From Dehalococcoidia bacterium (lineage in GTDB: Bacteria; Chloroflexota; Dehalococcoidia; Plut-88900): a stretch of 64,000 bases of DNA. Below the pieces are notes generated by a model. It saw only the letters and a program-made list of their open reading frames with translations, searched no databases and was not told the origin of the DNA. The stretch lies in NCBI GenBank assembly GCA_965207225.1, contig CBDBLV010000005.1, positions 576,001 to 640,000 on the forward strand. The letters run 5' to 3'. Below, in pieces: positions 28,228 to 37,832 of this stretch; the first letter of the stretch is position 1; each line of letters starts with the position of its first letter. A program made the translations under genes and the position numbers.

Positions 28228-31200
28228 ATGCTTAAGAGACCCTTCAAATCGGTGATTGCCCGAATAGCCATCGTCGCTCTCGCGCTCTCGCTGGTGTTTC
28301 CCTTTATCCCAGCGGCACTCGCCGATAGTCACTCGACGTCGGTGAGCTACGCTGAGAACGGCGTAGGTCCGGTTGCGACGTTCAGTGCGACGGACCAGGA
28401 CGGAGACGCTATCGAGTGGTCTCTGAGCGGACAGGACGCTGAAGACTTCACCATCACGGGTGGGGTATTGGCGTTCAAGAAGTCTCCGAACTACGAGGCG
28501 CCGCACTCTGATTCGACGGGGACACAGGCTGAGAAGAACGTCTACAAGGTAACGGTAGAAGCCACGGGCGGTTCACACGACGTGGTGGTGACTGTAACGA
28601 ACGTAGACGAGGACGGGGTAGCGAGTCTGGACCAGTACCAGCCGCAGGTGGGCAGGAGCCTGGTTGCGAGCGTAATGGACCCGGACAGTGATGAGACTAA
28701 CCAGGAGTGGCAGTGGGCCCGGGGCGAGAGCGCCGAAGGTCCCTTCACTGACATAGAAGATGCGACTGACCCGTCCCGTGCGCCTACGGCGGATGACTCC
28801 GGGATGTACCTGAGAGCGAGCGTGACGTACACGGACAGCTTTGGTGCTGGCAAGACGGCATCGGTGGTGTCCGACCGGGCGGTTGAGAGTACTACTGTGG
28901 CCAACGCTGCGCCATCGTTCGAGGGACAGGACCAGACGGGTTCCACGGAGGACGACGATGATGGCACCACTGGGATCCAGGACCACATCATAATCTCCCG
29001 GTCGGTAGACGAGGGGACGGATGTGGGGACAGCCATAGGCGACCCCATAAGGGCGACTGACTCTGACGAGGACGTACTGATTTACACGCTGGACTGGAGC
29101 CCCGACCTGAGGACGGGGAGCGGCACTGCCGCCAGCCCCAGTGGCGATGCGCGATTCAGCATAGACAGGGCCACGGGCCAACTCAAAGTTGCGAAGAAGC
29201 TTAATTACGAAGCGGCCGATGGTGACGTCGACAGGGCCGAAACCGGCGCCTTGACAGCTGACGAAGTTGGCGGGGCAATTGCTGTGACTGATGTTACCGA
29301 GGACGATGCGGAGTACGTATTGCGGGTGAGGGCAACCGACCCGTCGGGTGCCTACTCGAACGTGAACGTGACCGTAACGCTCAATGACGCCAACGAAGCG
29401 CCGACCTTTGCGGAGGCGACTGCTACCCCGAGGACAGCCGTTACGGTTGTTGAGGGCACGGTTGCTCTGCTTGAACCCGGTGCGACTGCGGATGCCGATC
29501 CGGTGGCTTTGGAAGCGAACACCTTCTTGGCTACGGATCAAGATACCAGGGTAGAGAGGCCTACTGACGATACCGATACCACAGCGGATGCCATTGTCAG
29601 CTACGCAGTTGAGGGTGCTGACGCCAAGTACTTCAACATCGGCACCGATGCGACGGACACCACAACCTTTGGTGTGCTGACCATCGACCCGACCGTGGAT
29701 GGCACGACCACTGGATACATGCCGAACTACGAAGAGCAGAGTTCCTACTCGATAACCATCGTGGCCACCAGCGGGGTAGACGCCCGCAGGCTGGCTGGAA
29801 GGCTGGACGTGACGATCAAGGTCACGAACGCCGAGGACCGCGGCAGCGTGGAGTTGTCGCAGATAGAGCCTCGAGAGGGCCGGATAGTGACGGCCACGCT
29901 CACGGATGAAGACGGCAACGTCAACATCAGCACGTGGCAGTGGCAGTACGTTGAGCTCCAGTCGGGTGAGGTCTGCAACCCCGGCGAGGGTGACACCGCT
30001 CCTACCGGTACGTGGGCTGATATACCGAAGGCAACGTCGGCCTCCTACACGCCGAAGGACTTCGTGGTTGCGGGCGCAACGACCGATATAGCTAACAAGT
30101 GTCTGCGGGCGACGGCGACCTACACGGACGGCATCGACCATGCGGATGACACTGTCACACCTGCTCACACCGAGCCCGACACCGCCACGCAGGCGACGGA
30201 TGCGGTCGTGCAGGTAGCTGGTGCCACCAACAGCGCACCGAGCTTCCCCGACCAGGATCTGACAATGGTAGGCGACCAGTCGGACGAGACGAGCCGGTCG
30301 GTAGCTGAGAACACGCCTGCGAAGATGGGCATAGGGTCAGCGGTGGATGCTGACGATGACGACGGTGACCTGCGTCTGTACTCGCTGAGTGGGCCTGACG
30401 CCGACTCCTTCGGGATAAACCGGAAGACCGGCCAGATCATGACGAAGGCGAAGCTGGACTTCGAGACGAAGGACACCTACATAGTGATAGTGACGGCGAC
30501 CGACCCGTCGGGTGCCAATGACTCCATCACGGTGACCATCAACGTCACCGATGAGAATGATGACGCTGAGATTACCGGAAGTAGTTCCATAGACTACGCT
30601 GAGAACGGCGTAGGTCCGGTTGCGACGTTCAGTGCGACGGACCAGGACGGAGACGCTATCGAGTGGTCTCTGAGCGGACAGGACGCTGAAGACTTCACCA
30701 TCACGGGTGGGGTATTGGCGTTCAAGAAGTCTCCGAACTACGAGGCGCCGCACTCTGATTCGACGGGGACACAGGCTGAGAAGAACGTCTACAAGGTAAC
30801 GGTAGAAGCCACGGGCGGTTCACACGACGTGGTGGTGACTGTAACGAACGTAGACGAGGACGGGGTAGCGAGTCTGGACCAGTACCAGCCGCAGGTGGGC
30901 AGGAGCCTGGTTGCGAGCGTAATGGACCCGGACAGTGATGAGACTAACCAGGAGTGGCAGTGGGCCCGGGGCGAGAGCGCCGAAGGTCCCTTCACTGACA
31001 TAGAAGATGCGACTGACCCGTCCCGTGCGCCTACGGCGGATGACTCCGGGATGTACCTGAGAGCGAGCGTGACGTACACGGACAGCTTTGGTGCTGGCAA
31101 GACGGCATCGGTGGTGTCCGACCGGGCGGTTGAGAGTACTACTGTGGCCAACGCTGCGCCATCGTTCGAGGGACAGGACCAGACGGGTTCCACGGAGGAC

Positions 31201-33291
31201 GACGATGATGGCACCACTGGGATCCAGGACCACATCATAATCTCCCGGTCGGTAGACGAGGGGACGGATGTGGGGACAGCCATAGGCGACCCCATAAGGG
31301 CGACTGACTCTGACGGGGACGTACTGATTTACACGCTGGACTGGAGCCCCGACCTGAGGACGGGGAGCGGCACTGCCGCCAGCCCCAGTGGCGATGCGCG
31401 ATTCAGCATAGACAGGGCCACGGGCCAACTCAAAGTTGCGAAGAAGCTTAATTACGAAGCGGCCGATGGTGACGTCGACAGGGCCGAAACCGGCGCCTTG
31501 ACAGCTGACGAAGTTGGCGGGGCAATTGCTGTGACTGATGTTACCGAGGACGATGCGGAGTACGTATTGCGGGTGAGGGCAACCGACCCGTCGGGTGCCT
31601 ACTCGAACGTGAACGTGACCGTAACGCTCAATGACGCCAACGAAGCGCCGACCTTTGCGGAGGCGACTGCTACCCCGAGGACAGCCGTTACGGTTGTTGA
31701 GGGCACGGTTGCTCTGCTTGAACCCGGTGCGACTGCGGATGCCGATCCGGTGGCTTTGGAAGCGAACACCTTCTTGGCTACGGATCAAGATACCAGGGTA
31801 GAGAGGCCTACTGACGATACCGATACCACAGCGGATGCCATTGTCAGCTACGCAGTTGAGGGTGCTGACGCCAAGTACTTCAACATCGGCACCGATGCGA
31901 CGGACACCACAACCTTTGGTGTGCTGACCATCGACCCGACCGTGGATGGCACGACCACTGGATACATGCCGAACTACGAAGAGCAGAGTTCCTACTCGAT
32001 AACCATCGTGGCCACCAGCGGGGTAGACGCCCGCAGGCTGGCTGGAAGGCTGGACGTGACGATCAAGGTCACGAACGCCGAGGACCGCGGCAGCGTGGAG
32101 TTGTCGCAGATAGAGCCTCGAGAGGGCCGGATAGTGACGGCCACGCTCACGGATGAAGACGGCAACGTCAACATCAGCACGTGGCAGTGGCAGTACGTTG
32201 AGCTCCAGTCGGGTGAGGTCTGCAACCCCGGCGAGGGTGACACCGCTCCTACCGGTACGTGGGCTGATATACCGAAGGCAACGTCGGCCTCCTACACGCC
32301 GAAGGACTTCGTGGTTGCGGGCGCAACGACCGATATAGCTAACAAGTGTCTGCGGGCGACGGCGACCTACACGGACGGCATCGACCATGCGGATGACACT
32401 GTCACACCTGCTCACACCGAGCCCGACACCGCCACGCAGGCGACGGATGCGGTCGTGCAGGTAGCTGGTGCCACCAACAGCGCACCGAGCTTCCCCGACC
32501 AGGATCTGACAATGGTAGGCGACCAGTCGGACGAGACGAGCCGGTCGGTAGCTGAGAACACGCCTGCGAAGATGGGCATAGGGTCAGCGGTGGATGCTGA
32601 CGATGACGACGGTGACCTGCGTCTGTACTCGCTGAGTGGGCCTGACGCCGACTCCTTCGGGATAAACCGGAAGACCGGCCAGATCATGACGAAGGCGAAG
32701 CTGGACTTCGAGACGAAGGACACCTACATAGTGATAGTGACGGCGACCGACCCGTCGGGTGCCAATGACTCCATCACGGTGACCATCAACGTCACAGATG
32801 AGAACGACGACGCAACCATCGTCCAGGTCACCGAGCCCGAGGAGCCCGAGTCCACGAACAACGCCCCCGCCTTCCCGGCGGACAGCGTGACCCGCACCGT
32901 TGCCGAGAACTCCGAAGGCGGCGCCAACGTCGGTGACCCCGTCGTTGCCACCGACGAGGACGAAGGCGACGAGGTCTCCTACAGCCTGGTTGACGAGTCC
33001 GGCAGCTTCGAAATTTGGCCCTCCGGCCAGATCACCGTTGCCGAAGGCGCCAACCTGGACTTCGAGACCCAGTCCAGCTACACCGTCACCGTTACCGCCA
33101 CGGACGGCACCGACAGCTCCTCCGTCGAGGTCACCATCAACATCGGCAACGTCGGGCTAGCCAGCCCATACGACGCCGACGACAACGGTGAAATCAGCAA
33201 GGCGGAAGCCGTCAACGCGGTACAGGACTACTTCGATGACGAGATATCCAGGGAAGCCGTGCTCGAGGTCATAAGGATCTACTTCGGATAG
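28228..33291 (+). CDS. Giant secreted cadherin-repeat protein with an internal 749-aa duplication and an EF-hand/dockerin-like C-terminus
   Basis: Signal peptide ending ALA; cadherin motifs (YAENG, PNYE, LDFET, ATDPSG); tail YDADDNGEISKAEA. Start taken at MLKRP. Confidence 0.88.
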   Translation: MLKRPFKSVIARIAIVALALSLVFPFIPAALADSHSTSVSYAENGVGPVATFSATDQDGDAIEWSLSGQDAEDFTITGGVLAFKKSPNYEAPHSDSTGTQAEKNVYKVTVEATGGSHDVVVTVTNVDEDGVASLDQYQPQVGRSLVASVMDPDSDETNQEWQWARGESAEGPFTDIEDATDPSRAPTADDSGMYLRASVTYTDSFGAGKTASVVSDRAVESTTVANAAPSFEGQDQTGSTEDDDDGTTGIQDHIIISRSVDEGTDVGTAIGDPIRATDSDEDVLIYTLDWSPDLRTGSGTAASPSGDARFSIDRATGQLKVAKKLNYEAADGDVDRAETGALTADEVGGAIAVTDVTEDDAEYVLRVRATDPSGAYSNVNVTVTLNDANEAPTFAEATATPRTAVTVVEGTVALLEPGATADADPVALEANTFLATDQDTRVERPTDDTDTTADAIVSYAVEGADAKYFNIGTDATDTTTFGVLTIDPTVDGTTTGYMPNYEEQSSYSITIVATSGVDARRLAGRLDVTIKVTNAEDRGSVELSQIEPREGRIVTATLTDEDGNVNISTWQWQYVELQSGEVCNPGEGDTAPTGTWADIPKATSASYTPKDFVVAGATTDIANKCLRATATYTDGIDHADDTVTPAHTEPDTATQATDAVVQVAGATNSAPSFPDQDLTMVGDQSDETSRSVAENTPAKMGIGSAVDADDDDGDLRLYSLSGPDADSFGINRKTGQIMTKAKLDFETKDTYIVIVTATDPSGANDSITVTINVTDENDDAEITGSSSIDYAENGVGPVATFSATDQDGDAIEWSLSGQDAEDFTITGGVLAFKKSPNYEAPHSDSTGTQAEKNVYKVTVEATGGSHDVVVTVTNVDEDGVASLDQYQPQVGRSLVASVMDPDSDETNQEWQWARGESAEGPFTDIEDATDPSRAPTADDSGMYLRASVTYTDSFGAGKTASVVSDRAVESTTVANAAPSFEGQDQTGSTEDDDDGTTGIQDHIIISRSVDEGTDVGTAIGDPIRATDSDGDVLIYTLDWSPDLRTGSGTAASPSGDARFSIDRATGQLKVAKKLNYEAADGDVDRAETGALTADEVGGAIAVTDVTEDDAEYVLRVRATDPSGAYSNVNVTVTLNDANEAPTFAEATATPRTAVTVVEGTVALLEPGATADADPVALEANTFLATDQDTRVERPTDDTDTTADAIVSYAVEGADAKYFNIGTDATDTTTFGVLTIDPTVDGTTTGYMPNYEEQSSYSITIVATSGVDARRLAGRLDVTIKVTNAEDRGSVELSQIEPREGRIVTATLTDEDGNVNISTWQWQYVELQSGEVCNPGEGDTAPTGTWADIPKATSASYTPKDFVVAGATTDIANKCLRATATYTDGIDHADDTVTPAHTEPDTATQATDAVVQVAGATNSAPSFPDQDLTMVGDQSDETSRSVAENTPAKMGIGSAVDADDDDGDLRLYSLSGPDADSFGINRKTGQIMTKAKLDFETKDTYIVIVTATDPSGANDSITVTINVTDENDDATIVQVTEPEEPESTNNAPAFPADSVTRTVAENSEGGANVGDPVVATDEDEGDEVSYSLVDESGSFEIWPSGQITVAEGANLDFETQSSYTVTVTATDGTDSSSVEVTINIGNVGLASPYDADDNGEISKAEAVNAVQDYFDDEISREAVLEVIRIYFG
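28347..32795 (+). repeat. Near-exact intragenic tandem duplication (2202 bp, period 2247 bp)
   Basis: 28347-30548 matches 30594-32795; one substitution seen (DSDED vs DSDGD). Confidence 0.95.
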
Positions 33292-33299
33292 AGAAAAAA

Positions 33300-33336
33300 T
33301 TGCCGAGGGGCTTAAACAATCAAAGCCCCTCGGCAA
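33300..33336. terminator. Hairpin between the adhesin and scaffold genes
   Basis: TTGCCGAGGGGCTT..AAGCCCCTCGGCAA. Confidence 0.6.
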
Positions 33337-33390
33337 AACCGAAAACAATCAAACGAAGTCCTAAAGAAAGACACACAGGGAGTAGAGAAA

Positions 33391-35061
33391 TTGGCCAGAA
33401 GAGCGCTGACACTGCTGGGTGTCCTCGCAATCGTCGGGGTGGCGGGCCTGTCGCTGTTGATTCCGAACGCCGTCAACGCGGACGAACACAGCGCCACTAG
33501 GTCCTTCGTCTCCAGTTCGGTTGCCACAGGTGCCGAGTTAGAGATAGAAATCACCGCCGAAAATTACGGGTCCTTCGCCCAGGTCGAAGAAACACTTCCG
33601 GAGGGGTTCATATTCCTCCGCTCGGACCTGGACGACAGCAGCATCGAAACTGATGGCCAGAACGTCAAGTTCACCCTGTTCGGTGAGGACCACTTCCACT
33701 ACACGGTCTCCGCATCCCAGGCCTCCGGAGACTACACCTTCTCCGGCACAGTTAAGGACGACAACAGGAACGTGCGTGACGTAAGCGGAGACACCACGGT
33801 CACCGTCAGCGGCGCCGCTCCCCCAGTCGCCGAGCGGACCCTCTCTTCCGACACCGTCCTCCCCGGTCGCCAGCTAGTCGTCTCCGTTTCGGTAGCCGAC
33901 TACGGCATCGGCGGGCGCCTCGTGGAGACCATCCCAGCCGGCTTCGACGTCGTCCCCACCGCCGACAGCTCAGTCAGCGTGTCCGGTGGCAACATATCCT
34001 TCATCCTCCTGGGTGAAGAGTCCGTCACCTACACCCTCATCGCCCCTGACGACCCCGGAGTCCACAACTTTGTTGGTACTATCACCAACTTCGACAAGAT
34101 CTCCGAAGCAGTCGGTGGCGCCGCCCAGGTGACCGTTGCCCCCAGGCCCGCCGCAACCGCCACCCGCTCCTTCGACGCCCCTCGCATTGAGGTCGGCGGC
34201 GAGATCGACGTAAAAGTCGCCCTCACCGACTACGGCGTCGGCGGCAAGCTCGTCGAAACCCTCCCCGAAGGCTTCACCTTCGTAGCCAGCGACCTCGGCG
34301 TAGGCGCCACCAGCGTCGCCGGCCAGAACGTCACCTTCTACCTCCTCGGCGAAGACTCCGTGAGCTACGTAGCCACCGCCCCCGGAGCAGAAGGTTCAGA
34401 CGCCGTCTACAGCTTCAGCGGTGTCCTCAGTGACATCGACAAGAACGATGTGGACGTAACGGGTGACGCAGATCTCCTCGTCGGTACCGTCAACCCAACC
34501 TTCTCCGCGGATGAGACCGCCGTCCGTGAGATCAACGAAAATACCCCGGCCGGCGTCCGCATCGGCGACCCGATCATGGCGTCCGCAGCAATCGGTGGCC
34601 TCACCTTCGAGATTACCAGCGCCGCCGCAGACACCTTCGACATCGAGAACGATGGCCAGCTCCGCACCAAGGGCGACCTGGACTACGAGACCCGGTCCAG
34701 CTACTCGCTCAAGGTGACCATCACCGACGAGTTCGGTGGATCAGCATCCCTCGTGGTCACCGTCCAGGTCCTCGACCGTGACGAATATGTCCCACCGACG
34801 GCCACGCCTGAGCCCACGGCTACCCCGGCACCCACGGCCACCCCAGTCCCGACGGCAACGTCGGTACCGCAGCGACCCACGGCCACCCCAGAGCCTACGG
34901 CCACCCCGGTCCCGACTGTAGAGCCCACGGCCACCCCGACCGTTGTGGAGCCAGACGAGGAAGCTGGGTTCCCGGTATGGGCCATTGTGATAATCGTAAT
35001 CGCAGCGGTCGTAGTGGTAGGCGGCGGAGGGTATGTCGTGTACCGCAGGCAGCAAGGCTAA
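33391..35061 (+). CDS. Membrane-anchored surface protein: three cohesin-like beta-domains, a cadherin domain, a Pro/Thr linker and a C-terminal TM
   Basis: Signal ending AVNA; three ~108-aa repeats (ATRSF..G.....YG..G.L.ETLPEGF..V.F.L.GE...Y...G.Y.FSG); LDYETRSSY; (PTAT)n linker; TM followed by YRRQQG. The cohesin call is inference. Confidence 0.8.
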   Translation: MARRALTLLGVLAIVGVAGLSLLIPNAVNADEHSATRSFVSSSVATGAELEIEITAENYGSFAQVEETLPEGFIFLRSDLDDSSIETDGQNVKFTLFGEDHFHYTVSASQASGDYTFSGTVKDDNRNVRDVSGDTTVTVSGAAPPVAERTLSSDTVLPGRQLVVSVSVADYGIGGRLVETIPAGFDVVPTADSSVSVSGGNISFILLGEESVTYTLIAPDDPGVHNFVGTITNFDKISEAVGGAAQVTVAPRPAATATRSFDAPRIEVGGEIDVKVALTDYGVGGKLVETLPEGFTFVASDLGVGATSVAGQNVTFYLLGEDSVSYVATAPGAEGSDAVYSFSGVLSDIDKNDVDVTGDADLLVGTVNPTFSADETAVREINENTPAGVRIGDPIMASAAIGGLTFEITSAAADTFDIENDGQLRTKGDLDYETRSSYSLKVTITDEFGGSASLVVTVQVLDRDEYVPPTATPEPTATPAPTATPVPTATSVPQRPTATPEPTATPVPTVEPTATPTVVEPDEEAGFPVWAIVIIVIAAVVVVGGGGYVVYRRQQG

Positions 35062-35112
35062 TCGGTCCCAATAGCGGCTGCACCAGCTCTGCAGCATAAA
35101 CTAGAGTGAATA

Positions 35113-35142
35113 CCGTCCCCGGGGAGTAATCCCCGGGGGCGG
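35113..35142 (+). terminator. GC-rich hairpin after the scaffold gene (related copies at ~41201-41231 and ~43045-43080)
   Basis: CCGTCCCCGGGG-AGTAAT-CCCCGGGGGCGG. Confidence 0.6.
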
Positions 35143-35216
35143 ATCCTCTTTAGTGAGTTCTCCTCCTATTTCAGCTACAATGCCCCTGCACCACCTCACG
35201 CCTCGGGAGTACTTCA

Positions 35217-35519
35217 ATGCGCCTGACCGCCAAGGAGATGGACCGCCTGACCATCTTCACCGCCGCCCAGCTTGCCCGCAGGCGTCGGGACAAGGGCCTG
35301 AAGCTAAACTATCCCGAAGCTGTTGCCCTCATCTCCGATGAGCTCCTCGAAGACGGCCGCGAAGGCAAGTCCTACGAAGAAGTGATTGAGCGCGCAGGCC
35401 GAATCCTCACCCGAGACGATGTCCTGGACGGCGTCCCCGACCTGGTAACCCCCCTCCGCCTGGAAGTAACCTTCGACGACGGCAACAAGCTCATATACTT
35501 GGAGGATCCCATCAAGTAA
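35217..35519 (+). CDS. ureA: Urease subunit gamma (copy 1)
   Basis: MRLTAKEMDRL, RRRDKGLKLNYPEAVA and EVTFDDGNKL motifs. Confidence 0.93.
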   Translation: MRLTAKEMDRLTIFTAAQLARRRRDKGLKLNYPEAVALISDELLEDGREGKSYEEVIERAGRILTRDDVLDGVPDLVTPLRLEVTFDDGNKLIYLEDPIK

Positions 35520-35520
35520 G

Positions 35521-35904
35521 GTGAGTCACTCTATGAAGCCCGGCGAAGTTATCAGCAGTGAAGTCGCACTCCCAATAAATCAGGACAGGACAGCAGTCAC
35601 CATTTCGGTGACCAATACCTCTGACCATGCGGTTCAGGTCACTTCCCACTACCATTTCTTCGAAGCGAACAAGCGCCTCCGCTTCAACAGGACTGCAGCC
35701 TACGGGAAGAGACTCGACGTACCCTCGGGCTCCGCTGTGCGATGGCAACCTGTCGAGACCCGAGACGTTACCCTCATCGACATCGCCGGCAAACGTCGAG
35801 TCTATGGCTTTCAGGGACTGGTCAACGGCCAATTGACCGACGAACAGCGCGGCGAGGCCCTCCGTTTGGCCCAGGCCCGAGGTTTCCTTAATCAGGAAGC
35901 TTGA
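35521..35904 (+). CDS. ureB: Urease subunit beta (copy 1)
   Basis: KPGE, VQVTSHYHFFEAN, AYGKRLDVPSGSAVRW and VYGFQGLVNG motifs. Confidence 0.93.
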   Translation: MSHSMKPGEVISSEVALPINQDRTAVTISVTNTSDHAVQVTSHYHFFEANKRLRFNRTAAYGKRLDVPSGSAVRWQPVETRDVTLIDIAGKRRVYGFQGLVNGQLTDEQRGEALRLAQARGFLNQEA

Positions 35905-35906
35905 AC

Positions 35907-37583
35907 ATGACCCACGAGATGGACAGGGCCCATTACAACGCCCTTTACGGCCCCACCGTCGGGGACCGCATCCGATTAGGTGACACTGACCTCTTCCTCC
36001 TGGTAGAAGCCGACCACACCTCCTACGGAAACGAGATCACCCACGGCTGGGGGAAGAACACCCGCACCGGGATGATGCACGCTTACCGTACGCCCAGTGA
36101 CAGCGAGCTTGATGATGTCATCGTGGGCGCTGTAGTTGCCGATCCGGTTCTAGGCATATTCAAGGGTGATATCGGGATCAAGGACGGTGTGATAGCTGGC
36201 ATTGGTCGAGCTGGCAACCCTGACATAATGGACGGCGTCGACTTGGTCTTGGGCCCCAACACCAACGTCTTCCCTGCTGCCGGGCTGATCGCTACCCCCG
36301 GAGGCGTCGATAGCCACGTCCACATTTATCACAACCCAAAACTGCTCGAAACGGCCATCGGGGCGGGCGTCACTACCTTTATCGGTGCTGGACTCAACCA
36401 CAACGGTGAATTCACCATCCACAAGTACTTCGAGGCCTTCGAAGGCGTCCCCATAAACCTTGGCGTCCAGGGCCGAGGCGCCGCCAGCCACCCCGCCCCC
36501 ATCGAGCGCAATATCGAAGCCGGCGCCTGCGGCATGAAGATCCACGAAGACGAGGGTGCTTATCCCTACATCATCGACCTCTGCCTTCAGGTCGCCGAGC
36601 AATACGACGTTTCAGTCGCCCTTCATACCGACGGTCTTCAGGAGTCCATGCAGGTAAACGACACTATAGAAGCAATCGGTGGCAGGGCCCTCCACGCATA
36701 TCACGTCGAAGGCGTTGGAGGTGGCCATGCCCCTGACCTTCTCAAACTGGCCGGTGTCGAAAACATAATGACCTCATCCACCACCCCCACCGTTCCCTAT
36801 ACCGCCGGCACCTACCAAGAACACTTCCCCATGACCGCCCTTGTTCATGGCCTAACCCCTCATCTTCCCACGGATGTCGCCGCCCTTGAAGCCCGTGTCC
36901 GTCGCGAGACCATGGCCGCAGAGGACGTTCTCCACGACATTGGCGCAGTTCCAATCATCAACTCCGACTCCCAGGGAATGGGCCGTATCGGGGAAGTCGT
37001 TACTCGCACTTGGCAGCTTGCCCACAAGATGAAGAGGGAACGAGGGAGCGTTAATCCGGATCACGACAACGACCGAATCCTCCAGTATCTGGCCAAGATT
37101 ACGATCAACCCTGCCATTACCCACGGCATTTCCGAATATGTGGGGTCACTCCGTAATGGCAGGATGGCAGACATTGTCCTTTGGGACCCTCGCTTCTTTG
37201 GAGTGAAGCCCGACACCGTCTTCAAGGGCGGCTTCGTCGCCTGGGGCCCCAGTGGGGAAGGCAACGCTTCTGTAACCGGTTCCCAACCTACAGTCTATGG
37301 TCCGGCTTTTGGCGCCATGGGTCACGCTGCCGGGAAACTAAGCGCTTTCTTCGTCTCTCAGGCATCGCTTGATAAGGACTTACCTAAGCGCCTGCGTTCG
37401 CGCAGAAAGTTCCTCCCCGTCAGAAACGTACGTAGCGTCTCCAAGAGGAAAATGATCCTTAACACCCGAAACCCCATGATAGACATTGACCCCTGTACAT
37501 CCCGGGTTCTCGTTAATGGCGTCGAAGCCATTTCAGAAGCCGTCAGAGAATTTCCACTAAATCGCCAGTATGTCATTACTTGA
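35907..37583 (+). CDS. ureC: Urease subunit alpha, divergent (copy 1)
   Basis: YGPTVGDRIRLGDT, DSHVH, KIHED, LHTD, YHVEGVGGGHAPD and SDSQGMGRIGE motifs. Confidence 0.9.
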   Translation: MTHEMDRAHYNALYGPTVGDRIRLGDTDLFLLVEADHTSYGNEITHGWGKNTRTGMMHAYRTPSDSELDDVIVGAVVADPVLGIFKGDIGIKDGVIAGIGRAGNPDIMDGVDLVLGPNTNVFPAAGLIATPGGVDSHVHIYHNPKLLETAIGAGVTTFIGAGLNHNGEFTIHKYFEAFEGVPINLGVQGRGAASHPAPIERNIEAGACGMKIHEDEGAYPYIIDLCLQVAEQYDVSVALHTDGLQESMQVNDTIEAIGGRALHAYHVEGVGGGHAPDLLKLAGVENIMTSSTTPTVPYTAGTYQEHFPMTALVHGLTPHLPTDVAALEARVRRETMAAEDVLHDIGAVPIINSDSQGMGRIGEVVTRTWQLAHKMKRERGSVNPDHDNDRILQYLAKITINPAITHGISEYVGSLRNGRMADIVLWDPRFFGVKPDTVFKGGFVAWGPSGEGNASVTGSQPTVYGPAFGAMGHAAGKLSAFFVSQASLDKDLPKRLRSRRKFLPVRNVRSVSKRKMILNTRNPMIDIDPCTSRVLVNGVEAISEAVREFPLNRQYVIT

Positions 37584-37832
37584 CTTTGTGGCGGTTTTGG
37601 AGCAAACCTTTATTGGGTAATATGAGCCCTAACCTGACAAATTGACCGCTTTTCCTCTGTGAATTTCATAGAAAACCCTACCAATTCTCGCCGCGAAACA
37701 GTACAATCTGTAGGCTATAAGGTTCAAAGCATGTGGTATCATTCACCGAAGATTGGTCTCCTCTGTTCTGAAGCGAATGGCATAGGCCGTTCACAGGCGA
37801 ACAAGAGGCTGACCCCAGCGGAGATTGACTAA

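Noticed and set aside
34790-34945. Short tandem repeats (CCCACGGCCACC), also at ~42725-42880
   Set aside because: They are explained by the coding Pro/Thr linker of the scaffold proteins.
37740-37832. Possible riboswitch in the adhesin leader
   Set aside because: Only a modest hairpin (GAATGGC-ATAG-GCCGTTC) is present, with no aptamer consensus I can recognise; an Rfam search would be needed.
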